Shown one piece after another: positions 16,156 through 24,435 of a stretch of 25,557 nucleotides of DNA. Position numbers and translations under genes: made by a program. Location: the IMG/VR virus record IMGVR_UViG_3300005955_000004, positions 1-25,557 of that record; one strand, 5' to 3'. The number at the start of each line of letters is the position of its first letter. Position 1 is the first letter of the stretch. Source of the DNA: a virus (lineage: Duplodnaviria; Caudoviricetes). A model generated the notes under the pieces. It saw nothing but the letters and a program-made list of their open reading frames with translations, searched no databases and was not told the DNA's origin.

Positions 16156-16775
16156 TGTCATCTTATTATGTAAACGATACTATCAGGATATCGGCAACTT
16201 TTAGAAGTGACCAGAATGCGTTGATTGACCCAGATACCGTATCAATCACTATCACGCAGAGCAGCGTAAGCACGACTTATATCTACGGAGTTGGCGATGC
16301 TATCGTCAGGCCGACAATAGGCTACTACTACATCAACTATTTGCTGCTTGCTGCTGGAGAGCTTTCTTATGAGTGGGACGGCACCAATGCCACCACGATT
16401 GCTAGATCTGGCGGCTTTACCGTATTACAGTCTAGAGCGTTGCCTAGCAGTTTCTGGACACCTGCGAATGACCATCTAGTGTTTGACAATCTAGAGACCG
16501 TCTTGATTACTACCCTTGCTGGCGTGACTTCGACCGTTCTGCGAGTGTTTAGATTGCCTGCCAATCTAGACACTGGAGGAGCCGGAGCATTGACCGCGTA
16601 TGGTACAACGACCCAGTGGAACATGTGGATTCAAGAATGTCCTATTGCGCCTGAGATCAACGCTCTAATCACTGACGCATACGGGCGCAAGTACCGTATT
16701 GATTCAGTGGTACAAAGTGTGGTACAAAACATGTGGGAGATCAATTCAACCGCTGACGCAGGAAACGCGCTGTGA
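16152..16775 (+). CDS. Two-domain structural protein: Ig/BppU-like N-terminus plus head-closure-like C-terminus
   Basis: N-half DT.RI.ATF....LIDP.TV...G.Y......G..SYEW.G; C-half FD.LETV...W......P....I.D..G..Y.I.SV; lies just before the tail terminator. Confidence 0.5.
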   Translation: MMSSYYVNDTIRISATFRSDQNALIDPDTVSITITQSSVSTTYIYGVGDAIVRPTIGYYYINYLLLAAGELSYEWDGTNATTIARSGGFTVLQSRALPSSFWTPANDHLVFDNLETVLITTLAGVTSTVLRVFRLPANLDTGGAGALTAYGTTTQWNMWIQECPIAPEINALITDAYGRKYRIDSVVQSVVQNMWEINSTADAGNAL

Positions 16776-17206
16776 GTATTTACTGGGAGATCCTGATGAG
16801 CGTCAAACAGCGCCTTACCGGCGTCATGGGTGACAATCATATCAAGGTCCGCAAGAGGGCTATCTACCTTGAAACCGACACCCTCCCCACGATTATCATC
16901 TCGCCAGCAGCAGAGAAGATTGACCTCGAGACATTTAGCCGACAAGTAGCTTACTCGTATACGGTGCAAGTGACTCTAGTCCAAGCAGGCAACCGCTTAT
17001 TCGAGCAAGACGTGCGCGACTGGCTCCTGCTAAGGCAGCAGATAAGGCAAGCTCTGTATCAGCCAACGTTGCCTGATATTGAAAACATCATCGGCATGGA
17101 ATTGGACATGCAACCCGCATTTGAATCCGTAACTGGCAATACATCAAACTACGATGTTTCTGGCATGAGCGTCACCTACCAAGTTTTAGAGGAGCGCACG
17201 ACATGA
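16772..17206 (+). CDS. Tail terminator/completion protein
   Basis: 144 aa with LPTIIISP and Y.Y.V.V.L patterns; position before the tube genes. Confidence 0.6.
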   Translation: MSIYWEILMSVKQRLTGVMGDNHIKVRKRAIYLETDTLPTIIISPAAEKIDLETFSRQVAYSYTVQVTLVQAGNRLFEQDVRDWLLLRQQIRQALYQPTLPDIENIIGMELDMQPAFESVTGNTSNYDVSGMSVTYQVLEERTT

Positions 17207-17682
17207 GCGTAGACATCAGTGGAGTCGTTGGAGAGATCAATTGGTCGCAATCCAAAACCAATAGTGCTTTCGTCAAAACCAAACAAGGACCGGACAAACT
17301 TACGGCATCTCTAGCGCCCAGTACCACTACATTTAATCGCATATACGCGGTCTCGGGCACCCTTGCTGCATCAGCAAGCGTCACTATTGACTTGCAAGGC
17401 GTCACGGACTACCTTGCTCAGTCTCTGACGCTGACGGGCATCATAGCAATCATGATGAAGGCGACAACAACGGACATGATCTACTCACCCGGTGCCACTA
17501 ACGGGCTGACGTGGTTTCTGGGCGGCACTACGCCAACCCTGACGGTAAAGGCTGGCGGCTTCTTTCTGGTCGGTGATGGCTCTGCATTTACGATATCTGG
17601 CTCGGCAAAAACTATTAAAATCACCAACGCAAGTGGTGCGGCTTCGGGGTCCTATGAATTAGCTCTTATTGGAGGACAGTAA
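17203..17682 (+). CDS. Virion structural protein (beta-rich)
   Basis: GAGGAG RBS; Thr/Ser/Gly-rich beta pattern; lies inside the tail module. Confidence 0.55.
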   Translation: MSVDISGVVGEINWSQSKTNSAFVKTKQGPDKLTASLAPSTTTFNRIYAVSGTLAASASVTIDLQGVTDYLAQSLTLTGIIAIMMKATTTDMIYSPGATNGLTWFLGGTTPTLTVKAGGFFLVGDGSAFTISGSAKTIKITNASGAASGSYELALIGGQ

Positions 17683-17683
17683 T

Positions 17684-18052
17684 ATGCCTTTCTACTCGGG
17701 AAAGCTAGGGTCGATTTCTGTTGGCGGCACAACGCAACCATTGACCGATTGGTCAGCCGACATGAAGATGGAAGTTGTCGAAACGACCAACTTTGGTTCT
17801 GGTGGTGTAGCGACCAACGAGGCGGGAATCGCGTCGATTGAAATCTCAGCTAACGGTCCATACGATGGAAGCGCAGGCGGGTCGCCCGGAGACAGTGCGA
17901 TTTTCATCTTGTCAACATCGTCTGCTGTTGGCGCGCCAGCTTTCACCGTTACAGCTCGCATATCGTCAATCAAGATTGACCAGAGCGTAAAGGACGTTGC
18001 CAAGATTAGCTACTCTGCTACCTCCAACGGTTCGTTTACGGTTGCGCCATAA
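17684..18052 (+). CDS. Tail tube (major tail) protein
   Basis: GGAGG at 17671-17675 supports the ATG at 17684. Pattern GK.G.....L.DWS......ETT.F.......G......S..G.YD and V.D....S.S...NG is typical of siphoviral tubes. Confidence 0.7.
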   Translation: MPFYSGKLGSISVGGTTQPLTDWSADMKMEVVETTNFGSGGVATNEAGIASIEISANGPYDGSAGGSPGDSAIFILSTSSAVGAPAFTVTARISSIKIDQSVKDVAKISYSATSNGSFTVAP

Positions 18053-18504
18053 TGGCGTTCTTCGTCGGCAAACGCGCAGCCGTTGTTATCTATTCAGAGG
18101 ATAGCAACGTTGCGCAAATTGGCAATATGACGGAGTGGACCCTTTCCGTTGACGGCGAGCGCGTCGATATCAGCGACTACGACTCCCGAACGTACAGAGG
18201 CGTAGTCGGCATGCGTACTGCGACTGTGACCATGCGCGGTCCGTATCCGACTAGGACAGACGTAATCGGTCTGGGTAACTCAGTCGGGTATTCCATCATG
18301 CCCGGACACATTATCAGAGTCTTTCTGTATCTTGATGAGACTGAAACAATATGCCCTCCGTACCAGCTACAGGTACTGATAGATAAGATGGACCTAACGA
18401 CTGATGTTAAAGGTGTCGTACAATGTACCATCAGTGCGGTATGTATCGGCAACTTTACTGATGCGACCAGCACAGATATGAATACCGAACCATTTACATT
18501 CTGA
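18052..18504 (+). CDS. Second tail tube-like paralogue
   Basis: Aligns by eye with the preceding gene: M.F..GK, T(D/E)W(S/T), G(I/M), GPY and VK.V. Confidence 0.6.
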   Translation: MAFFVGKRAAVVIYSEDSNVAQIGNMTEWTLSVDGERVDISDYDSRTYRGVVGMRTATVTMRGPYPTRTDVIGLGNSVGYSIMPGHIIRVFLYLDETETICPPYQLQVLIDKMDLTTDVKGVVQCTISAVCIGNFTDATSTDMNTEPFTF

Positions 18505-18511
18505 GGTACAC

Positions 18512-18970
18512 ATGAGCGGTGGAACAGTTAGTCAAAGTCTTGGCGGTCAATCGTCTCCGATCCTTGTGACGATTGGTGGAAAGCAATATAAGTTTTCGCT
18601 GCTGACGCAAAAGTCAAAGTCAGCCTTGGAGCGCATTATTCAAGACCGGGTGCGCAATGAATTAGCCGTCAGCAAGCAAGACATGAGCGACGAAGAATAC
18701 CGGCTCGCATACGGTGCCTACATGGACAGAATCAGCTCCGGTGCGTTTTCGTTTGGCGGTGTAATATGTCGCACTTTTCTAACTTCAAGCTCCGGGCTTG
18801 AGGCTCTATTGCGAGTATTGGCAAACATTCCGGCTGAAGACGCAAGCTCAATGCTGATGGAACACGCGGAGGAGGTCGGACAAATTATTGGACAGGTGTT
18901 CGCGGAGTCTTTCCCCAAAGCCCGGACGAGGAACACGGAGCCTCTTCTGGGCGAAGAGGTATCCGCGTAA
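18512..18970 (+). CDS. Tail assembly chaperone (G-like)
   Basis: GAGG RBS; VTIGGKQYKFS.L N-terminus then helical; lies between tube and tape measure. Confidence 0.7.
   Translation: MSGGTVSQSLGGQSSPILVTIGGKQYKFSLLTQKSKSALERIIQDRVRNELAVSKQDMSDEEYRLAYGAYMDRISSGAFSFGGVICRTFLTSSSGLEALLRVLANIPAEDASSMLMEHAEEVGQIIGQVFAESFPKARTRNTEPLLGEEVSA
18910..18916 (+). other. Candidate -1 programmed frameshift site T-TTC-CCC
   Basis: X-XXY-YYZ heptamer in the correct phase; the -1 frame is open through to 19251. Confidence 0.55.
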
Positions 18971-18996
18971 TCAATCCGCTGGCCATATTTGCTAGC

Positions 18997-19251
18997 TTGA
19001 CAGACGAGCCGTATCTTCTGAGTATTGACCAGATTGGTGACTTGACGGACTACCAGATCTGGCGTATTTACGGTAAGGACAGAGACGAGAACGGAAGGGC
19101 CAAACCGATACCCGGCTCGTTTGGACCAAGCCAGCGCGAGACGCATCTAGTCGATGAAAAGTGTCAGTTTATCAATATGGGTCTGGCGTTAGGAATAAGA
19201 CTAGAAGAACTGGAAAATTCTTGGAGAGCAAAACATGGCGGGAGGGGTTGA
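18997..19251 (+). CDS. Tail assembly chaperone (T-like), probably expressed as a frameshift fusion
   Basis: TTG start without an RBS; in the -1 frame relative to the upstream chaperone; I.QIGDLT.YQI motif. Confidence 0.6.
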   Translation: MTDEPYLLSIDQIGDLTDYQIWRIYGKDRDENGRAKPIPGSFGPSQRETHLVDEKCQFINMGLALGIRLEELENSWRAKHGGRG

Positions 19252-21385
19252 CATATCTGCCGCCGGAGGAAGCCCACCCGCATCAGGCGGGCTAAAGCCA
19301 TTAGTCGCCGCACTAGACAAATATCAGCAGCAACTTAGTGCCGTCTCCCGCGCACTCGAGGAAGCAGCCGCATTAGCCGGGTCAACTACGACCAGTAGTG
19401 CGGCTCCAGTCACTACGATTGTGCAGAAAGCCCAGCCCCCGTCTGTGCCATTGCCTCAGCCGAAAGCAGATCAACGATACAACCCAGACCTAGATTACGC
19501 CCTCGGCATCGGACCGAAACCGGAGCCACCCGCGCCGATTGCTGCTCCAGTGCTACCGGAGCCACCCGCGCCGATTGCTGCTCCAGTGCTACCAGCTGCT
19601 CCTATGGCGCCGCAACTGCCGCAACCCGTGCTTCCAGCTGCTCCTATAGCTGCTGCTCCCACAGAGGCAAAAACAGCGCCTTCTAAAGATGAATCGAAAG
19701 CCGATCCACTTAAGGACGTGATGGACCAGTTTGGGGACGTTTTTGCAGGTATTGGAGCCGAGTTAAAAACAGCATTAACGAGTCTTTCGGGCATATTCAA
19801 CACAATTGGCGTAGAGGCAAAACTGCTTGCTATTGCTGCCGAATCTGTAGCAATCGCACTTGAGCCAGTAGAAGACGTATTTGCCGCACTTTCCGATGCC
19901 GTCCGTCCAATTGCAGAGGCGTTTAAGGTGCTGCTCAGTGTCGCACTAGCCCCTATTGTGGGCGTGCTTAAAGTGTTTGGAAGCTTGCTCAAGTTGCTTA
20001 CGTCAATCTTGAAGCCAGTCATTGCCATTGTTAATGGCTTTGGCATGATTGTAGACGCAATTGCAGAGGTGATAGAATCCGTTGGAACACCAATGGAAAT
20101 TGTCGCCATTCAAATAGAAATGATCGCCGAGGTGTTTGCGTCAATTTTCGGCAACGTGGCTACAATTGCCAAGTCTATGAAAGCCCCACAGGTCGCAATC
20201 CAAGACGCATTCAAAAACGTCAAGTCTACTATTGCGGATCTGCTGGTCAATCCTATGGGGGCTATTCCCGACCTGATGGGTCGGATTCGCGAAGCTATCG
20301 AAACTTTCAACCCCGGTGCCATGATTGAGTTTGACTTGGCGATGCGCGACCTGATGGCCGTTTTTGGCGAAGCCCTCCTCCCAGTAGTTAAAATTGTTAC
20401 GGGTGTTATCCGTAAGTTTGCGGACACGCTCCGACCAATCTTGCAAAAACTAGAGCCGGTGTTTTTGAAGCTTGCTGATACAATCGGCAATTTCCTGCTG
20501 ATGAATATCGACAAGTTTGCGGACGCTATTAAGAATATGATACCGCTGCTTGAAATGTACATGAATCGTATGCAAATGTCGCTTCAATTTCAAAAAGAAA
20601 AACAAGAAAAAGCAACAATGAAAGCCGACCCATTGTCTGAGACACTTAAGCGCGCAGCAACGGCAATGGCTCCACAAAGAGGCATGCTTGGCGGCACGTT
20701 TGATCGGCGAAACGAGGCCGTGAGAATTGAGTGGGATATCAAAGTTCCGATGATGAAAGAGATTGACGCGCTAAAGAAGCAAGGCTTAGGAGAAGAAAGC
20801 CCCGAGATTAAAAAACGAATGGCCGAGCTTGAAGCACTTGGAAAGCTCCAAGATAAGATGTTCAACGACCCTGCATCAAACAAACGCGCAGAATTCTTAA
20901 AAGCAGTTCCGGCAGAAGAGGCGTCGAAAGATGCCAAGTACATGGAGGCTAAAAACAAGGCGGATATAGCTGCTGCCACTTTGGAAACCAAGGCTAAGGC
21001 TGGAGTTAAGCCTTCTGATCTCGGTCCAGCAATGAAAGACTTAGCCGACTCGTTAGATGGTCTAGATAACGAAATGACACGAATGGTGGCGGCACAAGCT
21101 GGAAAGGGCTCCGCGCAAGGTCTTGCGGCCGCACAGAATCCAGCCTTCAAGTCTATCGCCGACCTGTCACGCGACACGATCCTAAAAGCATTTACAGCCA
21201 CTAGCAGTCAAGCTCAAATGAAGGAACAGCAAAACAAGAAAGCCGTAGACAACGTGGCTAATCTTCCGAACATAATCCTCCAAGGCGTCCAAGCCGGTAT
21301 GAAGGCCGCAATGGATATACAGAACGGCGTAGCACCTCCGGCTCCAGCAGCTCCGGCTCTCCCAGCACCAGCAGTCGCAAGGTAA
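19235..21385 (+). CDS. Tape measure protein
   Basis: 716 aa of Ala/Ile/Leu-rich amphipathic helices with periodic Pro; follows the chaperones. Confidence 0.8.
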   Translation: MAGGVDISAAGGSPPASGGLKPLVAALDKYQQQLSAVSRALEEAAALAGSTTTSSAAPVTTIVQKAQPPSVPLPQPKADQRYNPDLDYALGIGPKPEPPAPIAAPVLPEPPAPIAAPVLPAAPMAPQLPQPVLPAAPIAAAPTEAKTAPSKDESKADPLKDVMDQFGDVFAGIGAELKTALTSLSGIFNTIGVEAKLLAIAAESVAIALEPVEDVFAALSDAVRPIAEAFKVLLSVALAPIVGVLKVFGSLLKLLTSILKPVIAIVNGFGMIVDAIAEVIESVGTPMEIVAIQIEMIAEVFASIFGNVATIAKSMKAPQVAIQDAFKNVKSTIADLLVNPMGAIPDLMGRIREAIETFNPGAMIEFDLAMRDLMAVFGEALLPVVKIVTGVIRKFADTLRPILQKLEPVFLKLADTIGNFLLMNIDKFADAIKNMIPLLEMYMNRMQMSLQFQKEKQEKATMKADPLSETLKRAATAMAPQRGMLGGTFDRRNEAVRIEWDIKVPMMKEIDALKKQGLGEESPEIKKRMAELEALGKLQDKMFNDPASNKRAEFLKAVPAEEASKDAKYMEAKNKADIAAATLETKAKAGVKPSDLGPAMKDLADSLDGLDNEMTRMVAAQAGKGSAQGLAAAQNPAFKSIADLSRDTILKAFTATSSQAQMKEQQNKKAVDNVANLPNIILQGVQAGMKAAMDIQNGVAPPAPAAPALPAPAVAR
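19519..19593 (+). repeat. Perfect 36-bp tandem duplication (PEPPAPIAAPVL x2)
   Basis: accggagccacccgcgccgattgctgctccagtgct at 19519-19554 and 19555-19590, plus a further acc. Confidence 0.95.
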
Positions 21386-21390
21386 TAGCA

Positions 21391-22467
21391 ATGCCACCAT
21401 TAGAAAACATCAATGCGGCTACAGAACGAATTGCCAGCAGGTCTGTCAGCAATGCTGGCTTTAGCTTGACCGAAGGCGCGCGGGCTTCGATGAAATTGAT
21501 TGTGACCGAGAATAAACTAGAGTCAGCAATCAAAGAGGCAATGGGTTCAGCCAAGCCACTAAAGGCTGGTATCGAGCGCAAGCTACCAGTTGCGCATCCA
21601 CACTGGCAATGGCTGTTTTGCGAACGCATTAGTAACATTGAAGGCGTGGAATTCGATAGTAAAATCGACGTAGGGGAAGAAGACGCGTTTTTCGACGTGC
21701 AACTTGAAGCTCCGCCGCTAGCCTACTATGCACGATATAAACGATATGAACTGTCGGTAGACTTTACTTCGAGGCCTTACGCCTTGCTGCCGGACACATC
21801 AATAAAGAAATTCAACGTGACATGGACGAATGAGCTTGGAGCGGTTGAAAGCAAAGACTTTAACGAAGAATACTTACGCTACACTGAGTACAGGCGAATG
21901 CCTTCAAGCGAATTCTTGACTGCCGAAAACGGACAAATGATATGGAAGATGGACAACAACCCCGTGGCACCTCCAACCGTAGCATTGCAGAATGCTGCGG
22001 TAGCTGGCGGGCAATTGCGCATGCTGATTAGGTCAGCTCAAATTGAGTATAAGTTTTACGAGGTGCCGTATACATTCATCACTAGCGCAAAGTCGTTTAT
22101 TGCACGGGCCACTGGGCACGTCAATATGATTGACTGGAACGACCACAAGGCCGGGTCGCTGCTAATGCTAGGCGCCTCAGTCGATAAGGTGTATTCGCCA
22201 TTATTTCCAGAGTGGATCGAAACAGACGCCGAGGCGCTAGTCCCAAGCCAGCAGAAGTTATGCGATATCACTTTCAATATGCTAGAACGAAATGAGGCGC
22301 CAGCTATTGCATACGCGGGAGTCACAGGTAATGACGTGGCATACGGACATAACCTGCTGTTTAATCCGCAGACATCAAAGTGGTACTATGCTGTAAATAA
22401 CAATACGGGCAAGCCAACGTATCCAGCATTTCCATTCCAGCTTCTCTTTGCTAACCCGGACCAATAA
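21391..22467 (+). CDS. Probable distal tail / tail tip protein
   Basis: 358 aa directly after the tape measure; the call is by position only. Confidence 0.5.
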   Translation: MPPLENINAATERIASRSVSNAGFSLTEGARASMKLIVTENKLESAIKEAMGSAKPLKAGIERKLPVAHPHWQWLFCERISNIEGVEFDSKIDVGEEDAFFDVQLEAPPLAYYARYKRYELSVDFTSRPYALLPDTSIKKFNVTWTNELGAVESKDFNEEYLRYTEYRRMPSSEFLTAENGQMIWKMDNNPVAPPTVALQNAAVAGGQLRMLIRSAQIEYKFYEVPYTFITSAKSFIARATGHVNMIDWNDHKAGSLLMLGASVDKVYSPLFPEWIETDAEALVPSQQKLCDITFNMLERNEAPAIAYAGVTGNDVAYGHNLLFNPQTSKWYYAVNNNTGKPTYPAFPFQLLFANPDQ

Positions 22468-22468
22468 C

Positions 22469-22897
22469 ATGAAGCTCGTATCAGGCGATCCTAAAACAGT
22501 TGTCACCACAATACCCGGTGGATACTCAGTGCGTTATGTGCCTGAGGAGCAGATTCATGTGAAAATTGATTCAATGTTCACAATAGGGGCGTTGCCATTC
22601 TACACATGGTCAGAAGTGCGACCAGTGCTTAATGGCAATGGATACGAGGTTCTTGATGGTGGACGCAAAGGAACAACGACCGCAAACTACGCCTCTGAAA
22701 TCAGCAGTTCAGCGGATGTGCCAATAAACACCATTGTTGTAATTTACAAACGAGGCATTGTTAACACTACATCTCTAGGTGCAGGAGGCGGCGTAGTTTG
22801 CTTGTATGAATTCATAGCAAGTGCCATAGGTAGTGGAGGAGGAGCAGTTAGTAGCGTTCAATGCGTAGGTAATATCCTCTACGTGACCTACGGGTGA
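22469..22897 (+). CDS. Hypothetical tail tip protein
   Basis: ATG lies 1 nt after the previous stop; beta-rich with Gly-rich linkers. Confidence 0.5.
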   Translation: MKLVSGDPKTVVTTIPGGYSVRYVPEEQIHVKIDSMFTIGALPFYTWSEVRPVLNGNGYEVLDGGRKGTTTANYASEISSSADVPINTIVVIYKRGIVNTTSLGAGGGVVCLYEFIASAIGSGGGAVSSVQCVGNILYVTYG

Positions 22898-22900
22898 CCT

Positions 22901-23353
22901 ATGCCAACGACAGTGCCGTTTACATGCTACAATTTTCCCGGCTCTCAAGGCGAGACGGCGTTGCCAAAACCTTGGCCATGTTGCGGCTGGGCTAACCCTC
23001 CAGCCTCGTTATCTGGCACATACCGATGTACATCTACTCCAACGTTTCTGTGCGGAGGAGCCCCGACTACAACGACCGCGTTTACTTTGCTACGAAATAA
23101 TCTGTGCGGAGCCGTGTATTTGTACAACGCCGTTGGCATCAACTTCTACATTAACATCACGCTATCACTTTGCACTGAGCCAACAGGGGCGATTGTTGGG
23201 AGCATTGGAAGCCCCGGCCCCGGAATATGGACGCCCGATTCTACAGGCAACGGCTGCTCGTTTGTTGGTGGCGTGTACAATTTCGTTCTTGGCGGTACGC
23301 TCCAGAATGGCGGGCAAGTACTGAGGATTGACTTTAACACGGTGACCATGTGA
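22901..23353 (+). CDS. Cys-rich hypothetical tail-associated protein
   Basis: 8 Cys in 150 aa including PWPCC; coupled to the next gene by GTGA. Confidence 0.5.
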   Translation: MPTTVPFTCYNFPGSQGETALPKPWPCCGWANPPASLSGTYRCTSTPTFLCGGAPTTTTAFTLLRNNLCGAVYLYNAVGINFYINITLSLCTEPTGAIVGSIGSPGPGIWTPDSTGNGCSFVGGVYNFVLGGTLQNGGQVLRIDFNTVTM

Positions 23354-24435
23354 ATGGATTTACGGCTAACGCAATAGTGCCCGCAGACTGTTACCAGAAA
23401 GTAACGGCGGGTAGCGCGTTTCCTTCTGTCTCAATGCACGTTCTAATCCAGAGCCGAGAGGCAACAATGCCTGTTGATGATCAGTCTGGGTATTGCGGCA
23501 ATGTAATGATTCCCAAGTATTCTACAGCCGCAGACTCTATGGACGCGGTTTCTTATGGACTAGATAATGGCGGCGTCTCAATCTCTTCATCGCTTAAGTT
23601 TGACTTGGCTGACGTATCAACTTGGAACGCAGTCACTATTGCTCCGTATCCAAGTCAGCCTTCATACACGGTCAAGTTTTACGGACCACGATTCAAGTCT
23701 CCCTTGACATACATTCGCTTGACTAAGCGAGATCAAGTAATTTCTCCGTTTGAGAGCCTTAGCACTGTCAACTGGGTGGACGCAACGGACGCAACGTGGG
23801 GTCAAGACTGGCTTGGAAACCTAATGCCCGGTGGATGGTGCTATACCAATCGTGGCGTATTAGAGCCGATGAATGGAACAACTTACTGGGAAGATGCAAG
23901 GAAAACTACAGATCCTCTCAATTCGGTTGATAGGACAAGTGCTACAACGATACATGAAAATTGGATGCCGTTTTGTACTCCAATAACAGCCTACAATTCT
24001 TCTGGCACATCTCAAGGCACCTTTGACGGGCTTGCGTTTATGATATTCTGGAATCTTGCAGCAGTCAAAGACCCACGCTACCCACCAGACGATGCTGTCG
24101 ATCAAGTAACGATTCCAGTTCCGAAACTAAGCCCATTCAAACAGCTCCTTAGCTTTGAGGTTTGGATTTACATGACCGCTAACCCAACGACTGCTGGGTC
24201 GTTTAAGTCGCCTCGAATTGCTCGCGTTCGGTATTGGACCTATACTCGCACGCGAGGAGATGGCAATTCGCCGTTTGATCCGTATTTGTTTTTCAATGCC
24301 TCGGTTGGACCTACGGCATCACTAATGATTCCGATCACCTTTCAGCTATTAGACAACGCCAACAACCCAACGCATCTTGCTACAAAGACTCAGTATCTGG
24401 CGTTGTCAGGTCTTAAGTTTGCGGTAGGTGCTTAA
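23350..24435 (+). CDS. Hypothetical tail-associated protein
   Basis: 361 aa ORF overlapping its neighbours on both sides; Pro/Thr/Trp-rich. Confidence 0.5.
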   Translation: MNGFTANAIVPADCYQKVTAGSAFPSVSMHVLIQSREATMPVDDQSGYCGNVMIPKYSTAADSMDAVSYGLDNGGVSISSSLKFDLADVSTWNAVTIAPYPSQPSYTVKFYGPRFKSPLTYIRLTKRDQVISPFESLSTVNWVDATDATWGQDWLGNLMPGGWCYTNRGVLEPMNGTTYWEDARKTTDPLNSVDRTSATTIHENWMPFCTPITAYNSSGTSQGTFDGLAFMIFWNLAAVKDPRYPPDDAVDQVTIPVPKLSPFKQLLSFEVWIYMTANPTTAGSFKSPRIARVRYWTYTRTRGDGNSPFDPYLFFNASVGPTASLMIPITFQLLDNANNPTHLATKTQYLALSGLKFAVGA

